From positions 480,001 through 544,000 of the forward strand of contig JASGHJ010000002.1 of assembly GCA_047602405.1 (NCBI GenBank): 64,000 bases of DNA. Direction: 5' to 3'. Of this stretch, positions 28,581 through 37,594 are shown in pieces; positions within the stretch are counted from its first letter, which is position 1, and the number at the start of each line of letters is the position of its first letter. A program made the position numbers and the translations under genes. The notes beneath the pieces were generated by a model. That model saw nothing but the letters and a program-made list of their open reading frames with translations. It did not search any database and was not told the DNA's origin. The DNA is from Anaeromyxobacteraceae bacterium (GTDB taxonomy: Bacteria; Myxococcota; Myxococcia; Myxococcales; Anaeromyxobacteraceae).

Positions 28581-29201
28581 ATGAAGACGCAGAGCATCCT
28601 CATCCTCGCGGCGGCGGCCCTCCTGGCCTCCGGCGGGGCCGCGCGCGCCGAGGAGCACCGGCAGTACGCCGACTCGAAGCCCGAGGAGTGCGCGGAGTGC
28701 CACCGGTCGTCCGGCGTGATGGAGAACCACGGCGCCGACTTCCTGAAGGACCACCGCCGCCTCGCGCAGAAGACCGGCAACAACTGCGAGCAGTGCCACC
28801 AGCAGTCCTGGTGCTCCGACTGCCACCACGGCGGCAACCTCACGCACCGCTTCGACAGCAGCCTGTCCCGGCGCGGCGAGCCGATGCCGGTCACGCACAA
28901 GGCCGACTTCGTCTCGACGCACGCGATGAAGGCCAAGGACGACCCGCAGTCCTGCGCGCGCTGCCACCGGACGCAGAGCTTCTGCTCCGACTGCCACCAG
29001 CGCGAGCTCTCCTGGAAGCGGTCGGAGATGTCGATCAAGAAGCACGCTCCCGTCTACGTGGGGGCCGGCGTGCTCGACCCGGCGTGGATCTCGCTGCACC
29101 GGGGCGACGCGCGGCGCGACCTCCAGTCGTGCCAGGCGTGCCACCCCTCGAAGTCGCAGTGCTCGAACTTCGCCTGCCACCCGGGGCTCGGTGGGCGGTA
29201 G
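28581..29201 (+). CDS. Periplasmic multiheme cytochrome c (6 CxxCH + 1 CxxxxCH)
   Basis: CAECH, CEQCH, CSDCH, CARCH, CSDCH, CQACH, CSNFACH; Sec signal. Confidence 0.93.
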   Translation: MKTQSILILAAAALLASGGAARAEEHRQYADSKPEECAECHRSSGVMENHGADFLKDHRRLAQKTGNNCEQCHQQSWCSDCHHGGNLTHRFDSSLSRRGEPMPVTHKADFVSTHAMKAKDDPQSCARCHRTQSFCSDCHQRELSWKRSEMSIKKHAPVYVGAGVLDPAWISLHRGDARRDLQSCQACHPSKSQCSNFACHPGLGGR

Positions 29202-29270
29202 CCGCAAGGAAACTTCAGGAATCTCGAGGAATCGAAGAAGCGAATCGGAGCCAGAGCAAGGAGAGGTCAA

Positions 29271-30092
29271 ATGGCAGGCAACAAGCTTCCAGTCGTCGCT
29301 GACACGATCGTCGAGCTCCCCGCGGAGCTGACGACGCTCGAGCAGGTCAAGGCGTTCATCCAGCAGACCATCGGTCGCCGCAGCTTCGTGAGCGGCATGG
29401 GCGTGGCCGGCCTGGGCGCGGTCGCGTTCCAGTTCGGGTGCGCGAGCGATCCCAAGGCCGCGACCCCGCGCCAGGTGTACGTGCCGAACGCGAAGGGCAT
29501 GATCGTCGCGGACCCCGGCCTGTGCGTCGGCTGCCGGCGCTGCGAGTCGGCGTGCTCGGCCTACAACGGCGGCACCGTCCGTCCGGCCGTGTCGAACGTC
29601 AAGGTGAACCGGAACGTCCAGTACGGCGTCGAGGGCACCTGGAACGGCGCGCGCGGGATGGGGCTCTACGGCAACTTCCGCATCGTCCAGGACACCTGCC
29701 GGCAGTGCCCGCACCCGGTGCCCTGCCAGCTCGCGTGCCCGAACGCGGCGATCGAGGTCGTGGGTGACCAGAACGCCCGCATCGTGAACACGGACAAGTG
29801 CGTCGGCTGCGGCATCTGCGTCGACGCGTGCCCGTGGGAGATGACGGCGCTCGACGGTCCGGTCAAGGGCGAGAACACCAAGTCGCACAAGTGCCATCTC
29901 TGCGCCGGTCAGCTCGGCCTGGACGACGGCGTGAACGGCCTCATGACGCGGCCCAACTGCGTCGAGGCGTGCCCCGCCGGCGCCCTGCAGTTCGTCCCCT
30001 GGGACGACCGCACCGACATCGTCCCGACGCGGCAGGTGGTCACGCCGAACTACGCGGCGGACGTCAAGGACACCTGCAAGCAGTGCCACTGA
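29271..30092 (+). CDS. Tat-signal 4Fe-4S polyferredoxin (YdhY/DmsB-like) with terminal CxxCH
   Basis: GRRSFV, FGC; CVGCRRCESAC, CRQC..C..ACP, CVGCGICVDACP, KCHLC..CVEACP; ends CKQCH*. Confidence 0.9.
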   Translation: MAGNKLPVVADTIVELPAELTTLEQVKAFIQQTIGRRSFVSGMGVAGLGAVAFQFGCASDPKAATPRQVYVPNAKGMIVADPGLCVGCRRCESACSAYNGGTVRPAVSNVKVNRNVQYGVEGTWNGARGMGLYGNFRIVQDTCRQCPHPVPCQLACPNAAIEVVGDQNARIVNTDKCVGCGICVDACPWEMTALDGPVKGENTKSHKCHLCAGQLGLDDGVNGLMTRPNCVEACPAGALQFVPWDDRTDIVPTRQVVTPNYAADVKDTCKQCH

Positions 30093-30134
30093 CCCCTTTC
30101 GGATTCCGGAACCCTAGAAGAGAGGTAGAGGAAC

Positions 30135-32612
30135 ATGGCTGAGACCTACGGATGGGCAGGCAAGGTGCTGCGGGTCGACCTGACGACGAAGGCGATCACG
30201 GTCGAGAGCACCGAGAAGTACAAGGCGTTCATGGGCGGCACGGGCCTGGGCTGGAAGGTGATGTGGGACGAGGTCCCGCCCGGCACGAAGGCGTTCGACG
30301 CGGCCAACAAGGTGATCTTCGCCGTCGGCCCCGCGACGGGCTCCGGCTCGCCGTGCTCGGGCCGCACCTCGGTGTGCTCGCTGTGGCCGGTCAACGGTGA
30401 CGATCTGCCGGCCGCCGGTCACGTCGGCGGGCACTGGGGCCCGGAGCTCAAGTACGCCGGCTACGACGCGATCATCGTGCAGGGCGTCTCCGACAAGCCG
30501 GTGTGGCTCCGCATCGAGGACGACAAGGTCAGCCTCGAGGACGCCTCCGTGGTCTGGGGGCAGGGCATCTACCGGACCAACAACCACATCGTGAACCTGC
30601 TCGGGCCCGAGGCGCACGTCATGGCCATCGGCCAGGCCGGCGAGAACAAGAGCCGGCTGGGCGCCATCTTCACCGACCGCTCGCACCGCGCGGGCGGCGT
30701 GGGCGGCATCCTCGGCTCGAAGATGCTGAAGGCGATCGGCGTCCGCGGCACGGGCGCGGTGAAGATCGCGGCGTCGAAGGCCGAGTGGAAGAAGCTCAAC
30801 AACTACTACCTGAGCATGATGGGCGCGAACAACCAGTGCGTCGTCGCCCGCGAGCTGCAGGCGTGGTCGGAGTACTCGCCGGGCGGCACCCGCTGGTCGG
30901 GCCGTGACGGCGTGCTCTGGGGCTCCGCGCTCCCGCCGGTCAACACCGGCACCTGCCCGGACGCCGAGCACCCGACGGTGGACGCGCCGTACCCGCTCAA
31001 CAAGATCGGCCTCCGCACGCAGAAGGGCTTCAACGACTTCGGCGAGGAGGGCCTCAAGCGCACGGTCCGCATGGACGGCTGCCACTCGTGCCCGATCCGC
31101 TGCCACATCGCGGCGGACCACCCGGAGCTCGAGAACTACGGCGTCTCCCGGTACAACATGAACACGTGCATGGGGAACAGCGGCATCGTCTCCACGTACC
31201 CCAGCACCGCCGGGACGAACCCGCAGCAGAACCCGATGCTGCTCACCTACATGTCGAACCACCTCGAGGGTGACTACGGCATCTGGAACGACTACGGCGG
31301 CTGGAACTACGTGTTCAAGTGGATGTACACGCAGAAGGACACCGTCGCGACGATCCCCGACCCGGCGAACGCGGGCCAGACGATCGCCAACCCCTGGCTG
31401 AACAAGACGTACATGGAGAAGTACCTCTCCCAGGGTGACTTCCAGCCGGTCGACAAGACGACGGGCCTGCCGACGGCGAACACGAGCGAGTACTACCGGC
31501 TCCGCACGACGAAGATCTGGAACTCCGGCAAGAGCCCGTTCGACCTCCTCGACGGCGCGGACCCGCGCTGGCTGCAGTTCTACGCCGCCAGCGTGGCCGC
31601 CAACGTCGGTCCGACGTACTGGACCGCCGCGGACGGCGCCGCCCCGGCCGTGGTCGGCAAGTGCCGGACGGCCGGCACGATCGGATGGCTGATGGGCATG
31701 GGCCCGCCGAACATGGCGAAGCGCATCCCGGAGCTCGGGCCGGCGTTCGAGACCGACTACACGAACCTCCACATGTGGAAGCTCGGCCACACGCTCCACC
31801 ACTCGGTGGAGTCGATGGCGCAGGTCGGCGGGTTCGTGAACGTGTTCCAGGCGGTCCGCGACGCCAACGCGCACACGCACCACAACTTCTTCACGAACGG
31901 CCTCCCGAACTCGGCGGCCGTCCCGCTGAAGCGCGCCATCTCCCAGGAGATCGCCTGCTCGCCGTACTCGAAGTCGTTCTTCGCGGCGGGCGGCATGACC
32001 GGCACCCCGGTCACCGACAAGGGTGAGTCGGCCGGCGAGTGGGTCTACGACCTCGCGCCGTACCCGACCGCCCCGTCGAACATGAACATGGCCCGCGCCT
32101 CGTTCATCGCCCAGTGCATCATCTCCTACGAGCTGCAGAACTCCCTGACCGAGTGCAACTACACGCTCCCGGTCTGGGCGTCCCCGCTGAAGAGCCGTGA
32201 CGGCGCCATCGCCACGGTCGGCGGGAAGCCCGTGAAGGGCTACCGCGGTGACCCGGAGCTCGACGTGAAGGTCTACAACGCCGTCACGGGCGAGAACCTC
32301 ACCCAGGCCGACTACGAGAAGATGGGCCTGCGCCTCTTCACGCTCTGGCGCGTGTACATGGCGCGCGTCATGTCGGCCCGCACGGCCGGCAAGGGCGCGG
32401 ACCTCTCGGTCGCCTTCGACCTCGCCCCCGAGTGGGCGTTCGAGGCGAGCCACGCGGGCGCCTGGACGAGCGAGGCGGAGTTCGAGGCCGGCCGGAAGAT
32501 GATCTACGACCTGTTCGGCTACACGGCGAAGGGCCTGCCCACCGCGGCGACCCTCGGCGCCATCGGGCTCGGTGACACGGTCGCGACGCTGCAGGCGGAA
32601 GGCATCATCTAG
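30135..32612 (+). CDS. Aldehyde:ferredoxin oxidoreductase family enzyme (YdhV-like)
   Basis: GWAGKVLRVDLT, GGHWGPELKYAGYD, IGQAGEN, GSKMLKAI, GCHSCPIRC, GLPT..TL..GL. Confidence 0.92.
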   Translation: MAETYGWAGKVLRVDLTTKAITVESTEKYKAFMGGTGLGWKVMWDEVPPGTKAFDAANKVIFAVGPATGSGSPCSGRTSVCSLWPVNGDDLPAAGHVGGHWGPELKYAGYDAIIVQGVSDKPVWLRIEDDKVSLEDASVVWGQGIYRTNNHIVNLLGPEAHVMAIGQAGENKSRLGAIFTDRSHRAGGVGGILGSKMLKAIGVRGTGAVKIAASKAEWKKLNNYYLSMMGANNQCVVARELQAWSEYSPGGTRWSGRDGVLWGSALPPVNTGTCPDAEHPTVDAPYPLNKIGLRTQKGFNDFGEEGLKRTVRMDGCHSCPIRCHIAADHPELENYGVSRYNMNTCMGNSGIVSTYPSTAGTNPQQNPMLLTYMSNHLEGDYGIWNDYGGWNYVFKWMYTQKDTVATIPDPANAGQTIANPWLNKTYMEKYLSQGDFQPVDKTTGLPTANTSEYYRLRTTKIWNSGKSPFDLLDGADPRWLQFYAASVAANVGPTYWTAADGAAPAVVGKCRTAGTIGWLMGMGPPNMAKRIPELGPAFETDYTNLHMWKLGHTLHHSVESMAQVGGFVNVFQAVRDANAHTHHNFFTNGLPNSAAVPLKRAISQEIACSPYSKSFFAAGGMTGTPVTDKGESAGEWVYDLAPYPTAPSNMNMARASFIAQCIISYELQNSLTECNYTLPVWASPLKSRDGAIATVGGKPVKGYRGDPELDVKVYNAVTGENLTQADYEKMGLRLFTLWRVYMARVMSARTAGKGADLSVAFDLAPEWAFEASHAGAWTSEAEFEAGRKMIYDLFGYTAKGLPTAATLGAIGLGDTVATLQAEGII

Positions 32613-32639
32613 GCCGTACCGTCCGTGGACGGCTGAACG

Positions 32640-32671
32640 CGGCCCCCGGACCGAAGCTGGTCCGGGGGCCG
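32640..32671 (+). other. Strong intergenic hairpin between AOR and YdhW-like gene
   Basis: CGGCCCCCGGACC-GAAGCT-GGTCCGGGGGCCG, no U-tract. Confidence 0.7.
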
Positions 32672-32688
32672 TCCTCTCGGAGGAGCGC

Positions 32689-33579
32689 ATGAACGCGATC
32701 ACGAACGTCGAGCACCTCTTCGATCCCACGCGCCCGGCGCCGCCCGAGAAGCTGCAGGCCGTCCCGCAGGACGTCCCGGACGCCCGGCCGGCGGCGCTCA
32801 AGGCCACCATCGCCGCGCACGTCCGGGAGGCCTCCAGGGCGGGGCGGATCGCGACCGAGCAGTCGGTCCGCGCGCTCGCGCCGGAGCTCTCCCAGCAGCG
32901 CCTCTCCGAGCTCCTGGCCGAGATGGCGGGGGAGGGCGCCTACGGCGACGTGAAGGCGGTGGTCGCGCCGTCCGGGCGGGTCTACCTCTTCTCCGAGACG
33001 ACGCTCATCGCCGTCGAGGCGCAGCAGAAGGCGGGCGTCGAGGAGGCGAAGATCGCCATCGCCGAGAAGATCCGGGCCGACTCCCGGATGCTCCTGCTCA
33101 CCCCGGCCGCCGCGCTCGAGCCCCTGTTCCCGTTCGAGGGCGAGGCCCAGCGCGCGGGGCTGCTCGAGGAGGTGAAGGCGGACCCCCGCTTCAAGGACCT
33201 CCAGGCCGTCACCGGCCCGAAGGGCGAGGTCTACTGGCACTCCGACGCCTACATCAGCGGCAACTACGGCAAGATCATGATGCGCTCCAGGACCGCCGAC
33301 TTCGGGTGGGCGATCGCGGAGTTCGTGCGCGACCGGTCGATGATCCAGCCCGCGCCGACGCGCATCTCGGTCTTCAAGGAGTCGGTGTTCGGCATCGACT
33401 TCCGGAAGATCGAGGACCTCGTGCTCGAGCTCCTCGCGAAGCCCGAGTACGCCGACGTGAAGAAGCTCGTCCAGCGCGAGACGGGCGCGGTCTACCTCTA
33501 CTCGGAGCGGCACCTCACCGAGCAGCAGGCCACCCACCTCATGGACTGGGAAGAGGTCGAGAAGGCGCGGAACCCGTAG
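32689..33579 (+). CDS. YdhW-like accessory protein with three internal repeats
   Basis: Repeats YGDVK..SGRVYLFSE / FKDLQ..KGEVYWHSD / YADVK..TGAVYLYSE; GGAGG RBS; follows a YdhV-like gene. Confidence 0.72.
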   Translation: MNAITNVEHLFDPTRPAPPEKLQAVPQDVPDARPAALKATIAAHVREASRAGRIATEQSVRALAPELSQQRLSELLAEMAGEGAYGDVKAVVAPSGRVYLFSETTLIAVEAQQKAGVEEAKIAIAEKIRADSRMLLLTPAAALEPLFPFEGEAQRAGLLEEVKADPRFKDLQAVTGPKGEVYWHSDAYISGNYGKIMMRSRTADFGWAIAEFVRDRSMIQPAPTRISVFKESVFGIDFRKIEDLVLELLAKPEYADVKKLVQRETGAVYLYSERHLTEQQATHLMDWEEVEKARNP

Positions 33580-33584
33580 GGCCG

Positions 33585-35000
33585 CTACCCGGCGCTCTCG
33601 AGGCCCAGCTTCCGGATCTGGTAGCGCAGCGAGTCGTAGGTGATGCCCAGGAGCTTCGCGGCCTGGGCCTTGTTCCCGTGCGCCCGGGCGAAGGCCTGCT
33701 CGATGAGGCTCTTCTCGAGCTCGTCGAGCGAGAGCCCCTCGGGCGGCAGCTGCAGCCCGGAGCCCGCCGCCGGCGCGCCGTGCGCGTGTGCGTGCGCGGG
33801 CGCGAGCCGCAGGAGCTCCTTGGGGAGGTGCTCGGCGCGGACGATCGGGCCGGCCTCCAGCACCACGATGCGCTCGAAGACGTTCCGGAGCTCCCGGACG
33901 TTGCCCGGCCAGGCGTAGGCGGTGAGGAGCCGCTCGGCCTCGGGGGTGAACTCGGTCATCGGCGTGCGGCCGTACTTCGTCGCGAAGTTCCCGAGGAAGT
34001 GGCGCGCGAGGGGCAGCACGTCCTCGGGCCGCTCGCGCAGCGCCGGGATGTGGATTGAGAAGGTGGCGAGCCGGTAGAAGAGGTCCATCCGGAACTCGCC
34101 GTTCCGGACCGCCTCGTCGAGGTCGCGGTTGGTGGTCGCGAAGACCGTGGCGTCGATAGGGAGATCGTGGCGCCCGCCGATGCGCCGCACGGTCCGCTCC
34201 TCCAGCACGCGCAGGAGCTTCGCCTGCAGGTTCCACTTCATCTCCCCGATCTCGTCGAGGAGGATGGTGCCGCCGGAGGCGAGCTCGAAGATGCCCTTCT
34301 TCTCGGAGCGGGCGTCGGTGAAGGAGCCCTTCTCGTGCCCGAAGAGCTCGCTCTCGATGAGCTGCTCGGGCAGCGCGGCGCAGTTGATCCCGATGAAGGG
34401 CCGCAGGCGCCCGCCGTTCGCGGCGTGCATGAGGTCGTGGATGTAGCGGGACATCAGCTCCTTGCCGGTCCCGCTCTCGCCGGTGACGAGCACCATCGGC
34501 ACCGCGGCGCGGGCGAGCTTCTCGGCGGCGGCGCGCAGCTCGCGCACGACCGCGGAGCCGCCCACCGGCTCGCGGCGCGCGAGCGCGGGCCCGCTGATGC
34601 GGCGGAGGTACTCGACCTCCTGGCGGAGCTGGCCCTTCTCCAGGATCGACGCCAGGACGAGCTTCACCTCGTCGAGGTCGAAGGGCTTCGTCAGGTAGTC
34701 GACCGCCCCCATCTTCATCGCCCGCACCGCGCTCTCCGCGCTGCCGTCGGAGGAGAGCATCACCACCTGCCCCGGGATGGCCCGCTCGGTGAGCTCGCCG
34801 AGCACGTCGAGCCCGGTGGTGCCCGGGAGCTTCAGATCCAGGAGGACGAGGTCGGGCGCGAAGGTCCGGAGCTCCTCGACCGCGCCGGCGGGGTCGGTGC
34901 GGGCGAGGACCTCGTAGCCCTCGCCCCGGAGCGCCCGGGCGAGCATGGTGACCACGAGCTCGTCGTCGTCGAGCAGGAAGATGCGGGCCCTGACGCTCAT
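33585..35000 (-). CDS. Sigma54-dependent response regulator (REC-AAA+-HTH, NtrC family)
   Basis: LLDDDE, GESGTGKE, ESELFGHEKGSFTDA, LDEIGE, WPGNVREL, GNKAQAAKLLGI. Confidence 0.95.
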   Translation of the reverse strand: MSVRARIFLLDDDELVVTMLARALRGEGYEVLARTDPAGAVEELRTFAPDLVLLDLKLPGTTGLDVLGELTERAIPGQVVMLSSDGSAESAVRAMKMGAVDYLTKPFDLDEVKLVLASILEKGQLRQEVEYLRRISGPALARREPVGGSAVVRELRAAAEKLARAAVPMVLVTGESGTGKELMSRYIHDLMHAANGGRLRPFIGINCAALPEQLIESELFGHEKGSFTDARSEKKGIFELASGGTILLDEIGEMKWNLQAKLLRVLEERTVRRIGGRHDLPIDATVFATTNRDLDEAVRNGEFRMDLFYRLATFSIHIPALRERPEDVLPLARHFLGNFATKYGRTPMTEFTPEAERLLTAYAWPGNVRELRNVFERIVVLEAGPIVRAEHLPKELLRLAPAHAHAHGAPAAGSGLQLPPEGLSLDELEKSLIEQAFARAHGNKAQAAKLLGITYDSLRYQIRKLGLESAG

Positions 35001-36439
35001 GCGGATCTCCGGGCGGGCGGGGCGTCCGCCGGCAGGTGGAGCTGGAAGACGGTGCCGCCCGCGGCCCCCGGCGCGAACGAGAGCGAGCCGCCCTGCTGCT
35101 CGGCGAGCCGCTTCGAGACGGCGAGCCCGAGCCCGGTGCCCCCGGGCTTGGTGGTGAAGAAGGGCTGGAAGACGTGCGGGGCGTGCTCGGGGCTGATGCC
35201 CCGGCCGCCGTCGACGATCGCCACCTGCACCTCGCCGCGGGTGGCGTCGTAGGAGGTGCGCACCTCCACCTGCCCGCCGTCGGGCATCGCGTCCGCGGCG
35301 TTGAGGAGGAGGTTGAGCAGGATCTGCTGGAGCTGGCGCGGGTCGGCCCGGATCGCCGGGACCTGCCCGAGCGTCCGCGCCAGCCGCAGCGGGCGCTCGG
35401 CGCGATCCACGTGGCTCCTGAGGTAGAAGGAGGCCACGGTCTCGACGAAGGTGTTCACGTCGACCGAGGCGAGCTGGGGCCGCGCCGGGCGGGCGAAGTC
35501 GAGGAAGGCGCGGAGCATGCCCTCGAGCCCCACCACCTCGCGGGCGACCTTCTCGAGCACCGCCCGGTCCTCCCCCGAGAGCTTCGCTTCGTGGACGAGG
35601 ACCTGCATCGCCGCCTTGATGCCGGCGAGCGGGTTCTTGATCTCGTGCACGAGCCCCGCGGCGAGCTCGCCGACGACCACGAGCTGCTCGGTGCGCTGCA
35701 TGAGCTGCATCTGCTCCTGGAGCGAGCCGGCCATGTCGTTGAAGGACTGGGCGAGCTCGGCGAACTCGTCGCGCAGCCCCAGCACCCGGTGATCGAGGTC
35801 GCCGTGCTTGAGCCGCCGGGTCGCCTCGAGGAGCGCGTCGAGCGGGTTCGTGAGCCCGGTCACCGCGACGAGCCCCACCAGCACCGAGAGGAGCGGGCCG
35901 AAGACGACGAGCGCGTAGACCACGTACTTCGTGCGCGCGATGTCGTCGAGCGCGCGCAGCGTGTGCTCGGTGAGGAGCGCCTGGGTCGTGTCGACCATGG
36001 TGCGGACCTGCAGGACGAGGTGATCCCCAATCTCGTAGGCCTGCAGGCGCGCCGGGCCCACGTCCTCGCCGGCGTCGGCCGGCACCGCCGCGAGCGCGGC
36101 CCGGTAGCTCACCGTCTGCTGCCGCAGGGAGGCGAGCTGCTCCGTCACCCGCGGTGCGTGGTGGCAGCCGAAGCACCCGTCGATGGCGTCCTGCAGCCGG
36201 GTCACGTCCCCCGCGTCCGCGGGCACCGGCCGGGCGGGCGGCGAGCCGCGGAGGAGGAGATCGGCCTGGGTCTGCTTGAGCCTGAGGAGGAACCCCTCGC
36301 GCAGGAGCTCCACCTGGTGCTGGCGGATGACGCGATCGACGTCCTCGGTCGCGATCCGGATCTTGCTGGCGAGGTAGAGCCCCGCCACCAGGAACACGAG
36401 CGTGTGGAGCACCAGCCCCAGGATGATCTTCCGCCGCAT
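34997..36439 (-). CDS. HAMP sensor histidine kinase with periplasmic CxxCH
   Basis: 2 TM, CFGCHH, HAMP, VHEIKNPL, NLLLNA, PFFTTK, GTGLGL. Confidence 0.94.
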   Translation of the reverse strand: MRRKIILGLVLHTLVFLVAGLYLASKIRIATEDVDRVIRQHQVELLREGFLLRLKQTQADLLLRGSPPARPVPADAGDVTRLQDAIDGCFGCHHAPRVTEQLASLRQQTVSYRAALAAVPADAGEDVGPARLQAYEIGDHLVLQVRTMVDTTQALLTEHTLRALDDIARTKYVVYALVVFGPLLSVLVGLVAVTGLTNPLDALLEATRRLKHGDLDHRVLGLRDEFAELAQSFNDMAGSLQEQMQLMQRTEQLVVVGELAAGLVHEIKNPLAGIKAAMQVLVHEAKLSGEDRAVLEKVAREVVGLEGMLRAFLDFARPARPQLASVDVNTFVETVASFYLRSHVDRAERPLRLARTLGQVPAIRADPRQLQQILLNLLLNAADAMPDGGQVEVRTSYDATRGEVQVAIVDGGRGISPEHAPHVFQPFFTTKPGGTGLGLAVSKRLAEQQGGSLSFAPGAAGGTVFQLHLPADAPPARRSA

Positions 36440-36720
36440 CTCGAGGCCTCATTACGCCACGCCGCCGCCCTCCGCGTCCCCCTCAGGAGGTGCGGCATGA
36501 CGCCCGGGGTGTCAACGATCACTTCACCGTCAGTACGCTCACCCGCGCGCCGATCCGCCTGCTGGATCGCGAGCGGATGGCGGGCCAGCGGCACGAAGCC
36601 GCACCCGCGCCGGTGGACCCGACCCGCCCCGTCGGGCCAGGATCCGCGCCGTCCGGGGAGGGGCTCGCGGCGCTCGGCGTCCGTCCAGCCGTCAAAGCTC
36701 CCGGGCGGACGGAGGACGGG

Positions 36721-37257
36721 ATGGCCAAGGTGAAGGTCGGCGACAGGGTGAAGCTCCACTACACGGGCCGGCTCTCGGACGGCTCGGTGTTCGACTCCTC
36801 GCAGGACGCGGGCGACGAGGTGTACCGGAACTTCAGGGGCGGCGGGGTCGCGTTCGCGCCCATGGAGCTCGTGGTCGGGAGCGGGGAGATGCTGCCCGCC
36901 TTCGAGGAGGCGCTGGTCGGCCTCGAGCCCGGCGCGGAGGTGAGCATCACGCTGCCGCCCGCCCGGGCGTTCGGGCCGCGGCACGAGGACCGCGTGCTGA
37001 CGGTCGCCCGGGACGAGATCGTCCCGCGCGAGTCGGGCATCGAGTCCTTCCGCGTGGCGGAGGGCCGGCACCGCCCCAACAACTTCGACCCCGGCGTGGG
37101 CGACGTCCTCGAGGTGACGACGCTCGACGGCTCGCTCGCCCCCGCGAAGGTCATCGCGATGACCGAGGAGTCCGTGACGCTCGACTGGAACCACCCGCTG
37201 GCCGGCCGGGAGCTCACCTTCGAGATCCGGCTCGTGGAGATCGCGCCGGGCGCCTAG
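36721..37257 (+). CDS. FKBP-type peptidyl-prolyl isomerase (SlyD/SlpA-like)
   Basis: GDRVKLHYTGRL.DGSVFDSS, FEEALVG, LDWNHPLAGRELTF. Confidence 0.93.
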   Translation: MAKVKVGDRVKLHYTGRLSDGSVFDSSQDAGDEVYRNFRGGGVAFAPMELVVGSGEMLPAFEEALVGLEPGAEVSITLPPARAFGPRHEDRVLTVARDEIVPRESGIESFRVAEGRHRPNNFDPGVGDVLEVTTLDGSLAPAKVIAMTEESVTLDWNHPLAGRELTFEIRLVEIAPGA

Positions 37258-37523
37258 GCCCCGGCGAGCTCTCGCATGCGCTGCCGCAGGGCGAGGCGCT
37301 TCTTCGTGGCCGCGGCGTCGAACGGGGCCGCCTCGCGGCGCTCCAGCGAGGCCGCCCCGTGCCGGCAGACCTCCACGCACAGGCCGCAGCCCTCGCAGAA
37401 CGCCTCGCCCGCGAGCCGCGATCTTCCGTTGACCGTGTGGAGGGCCTCGTTGGGGCACTCGGTGATGCACAGGCCACACCCCGTACAGTCCGCCCCGACG
37501 AACCCGACGATCTCCCGCAGCAT
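37254..37523 (-). CDS. 2[4Fe-4S] ferredoxin
   Basis: CTGCGLCITECP and CEGCGLCVEVC. Confidence 0.88.
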   Translation of the reverse strand: MLREIVGFVGADCTGCGLCITECPNEALHTVNGRSRLAGEAFCEGCGLCVEVCRHGAASLERREAAPFDAAATKKRLALRQRMRELAGA

Positions 37524-37594
37524 GGCTCACCACCCTAGCCGACCCGCCCGCGCCGGGACCATCACCCGGGGCGCGGCGTAAGGACGCGCAGTCC

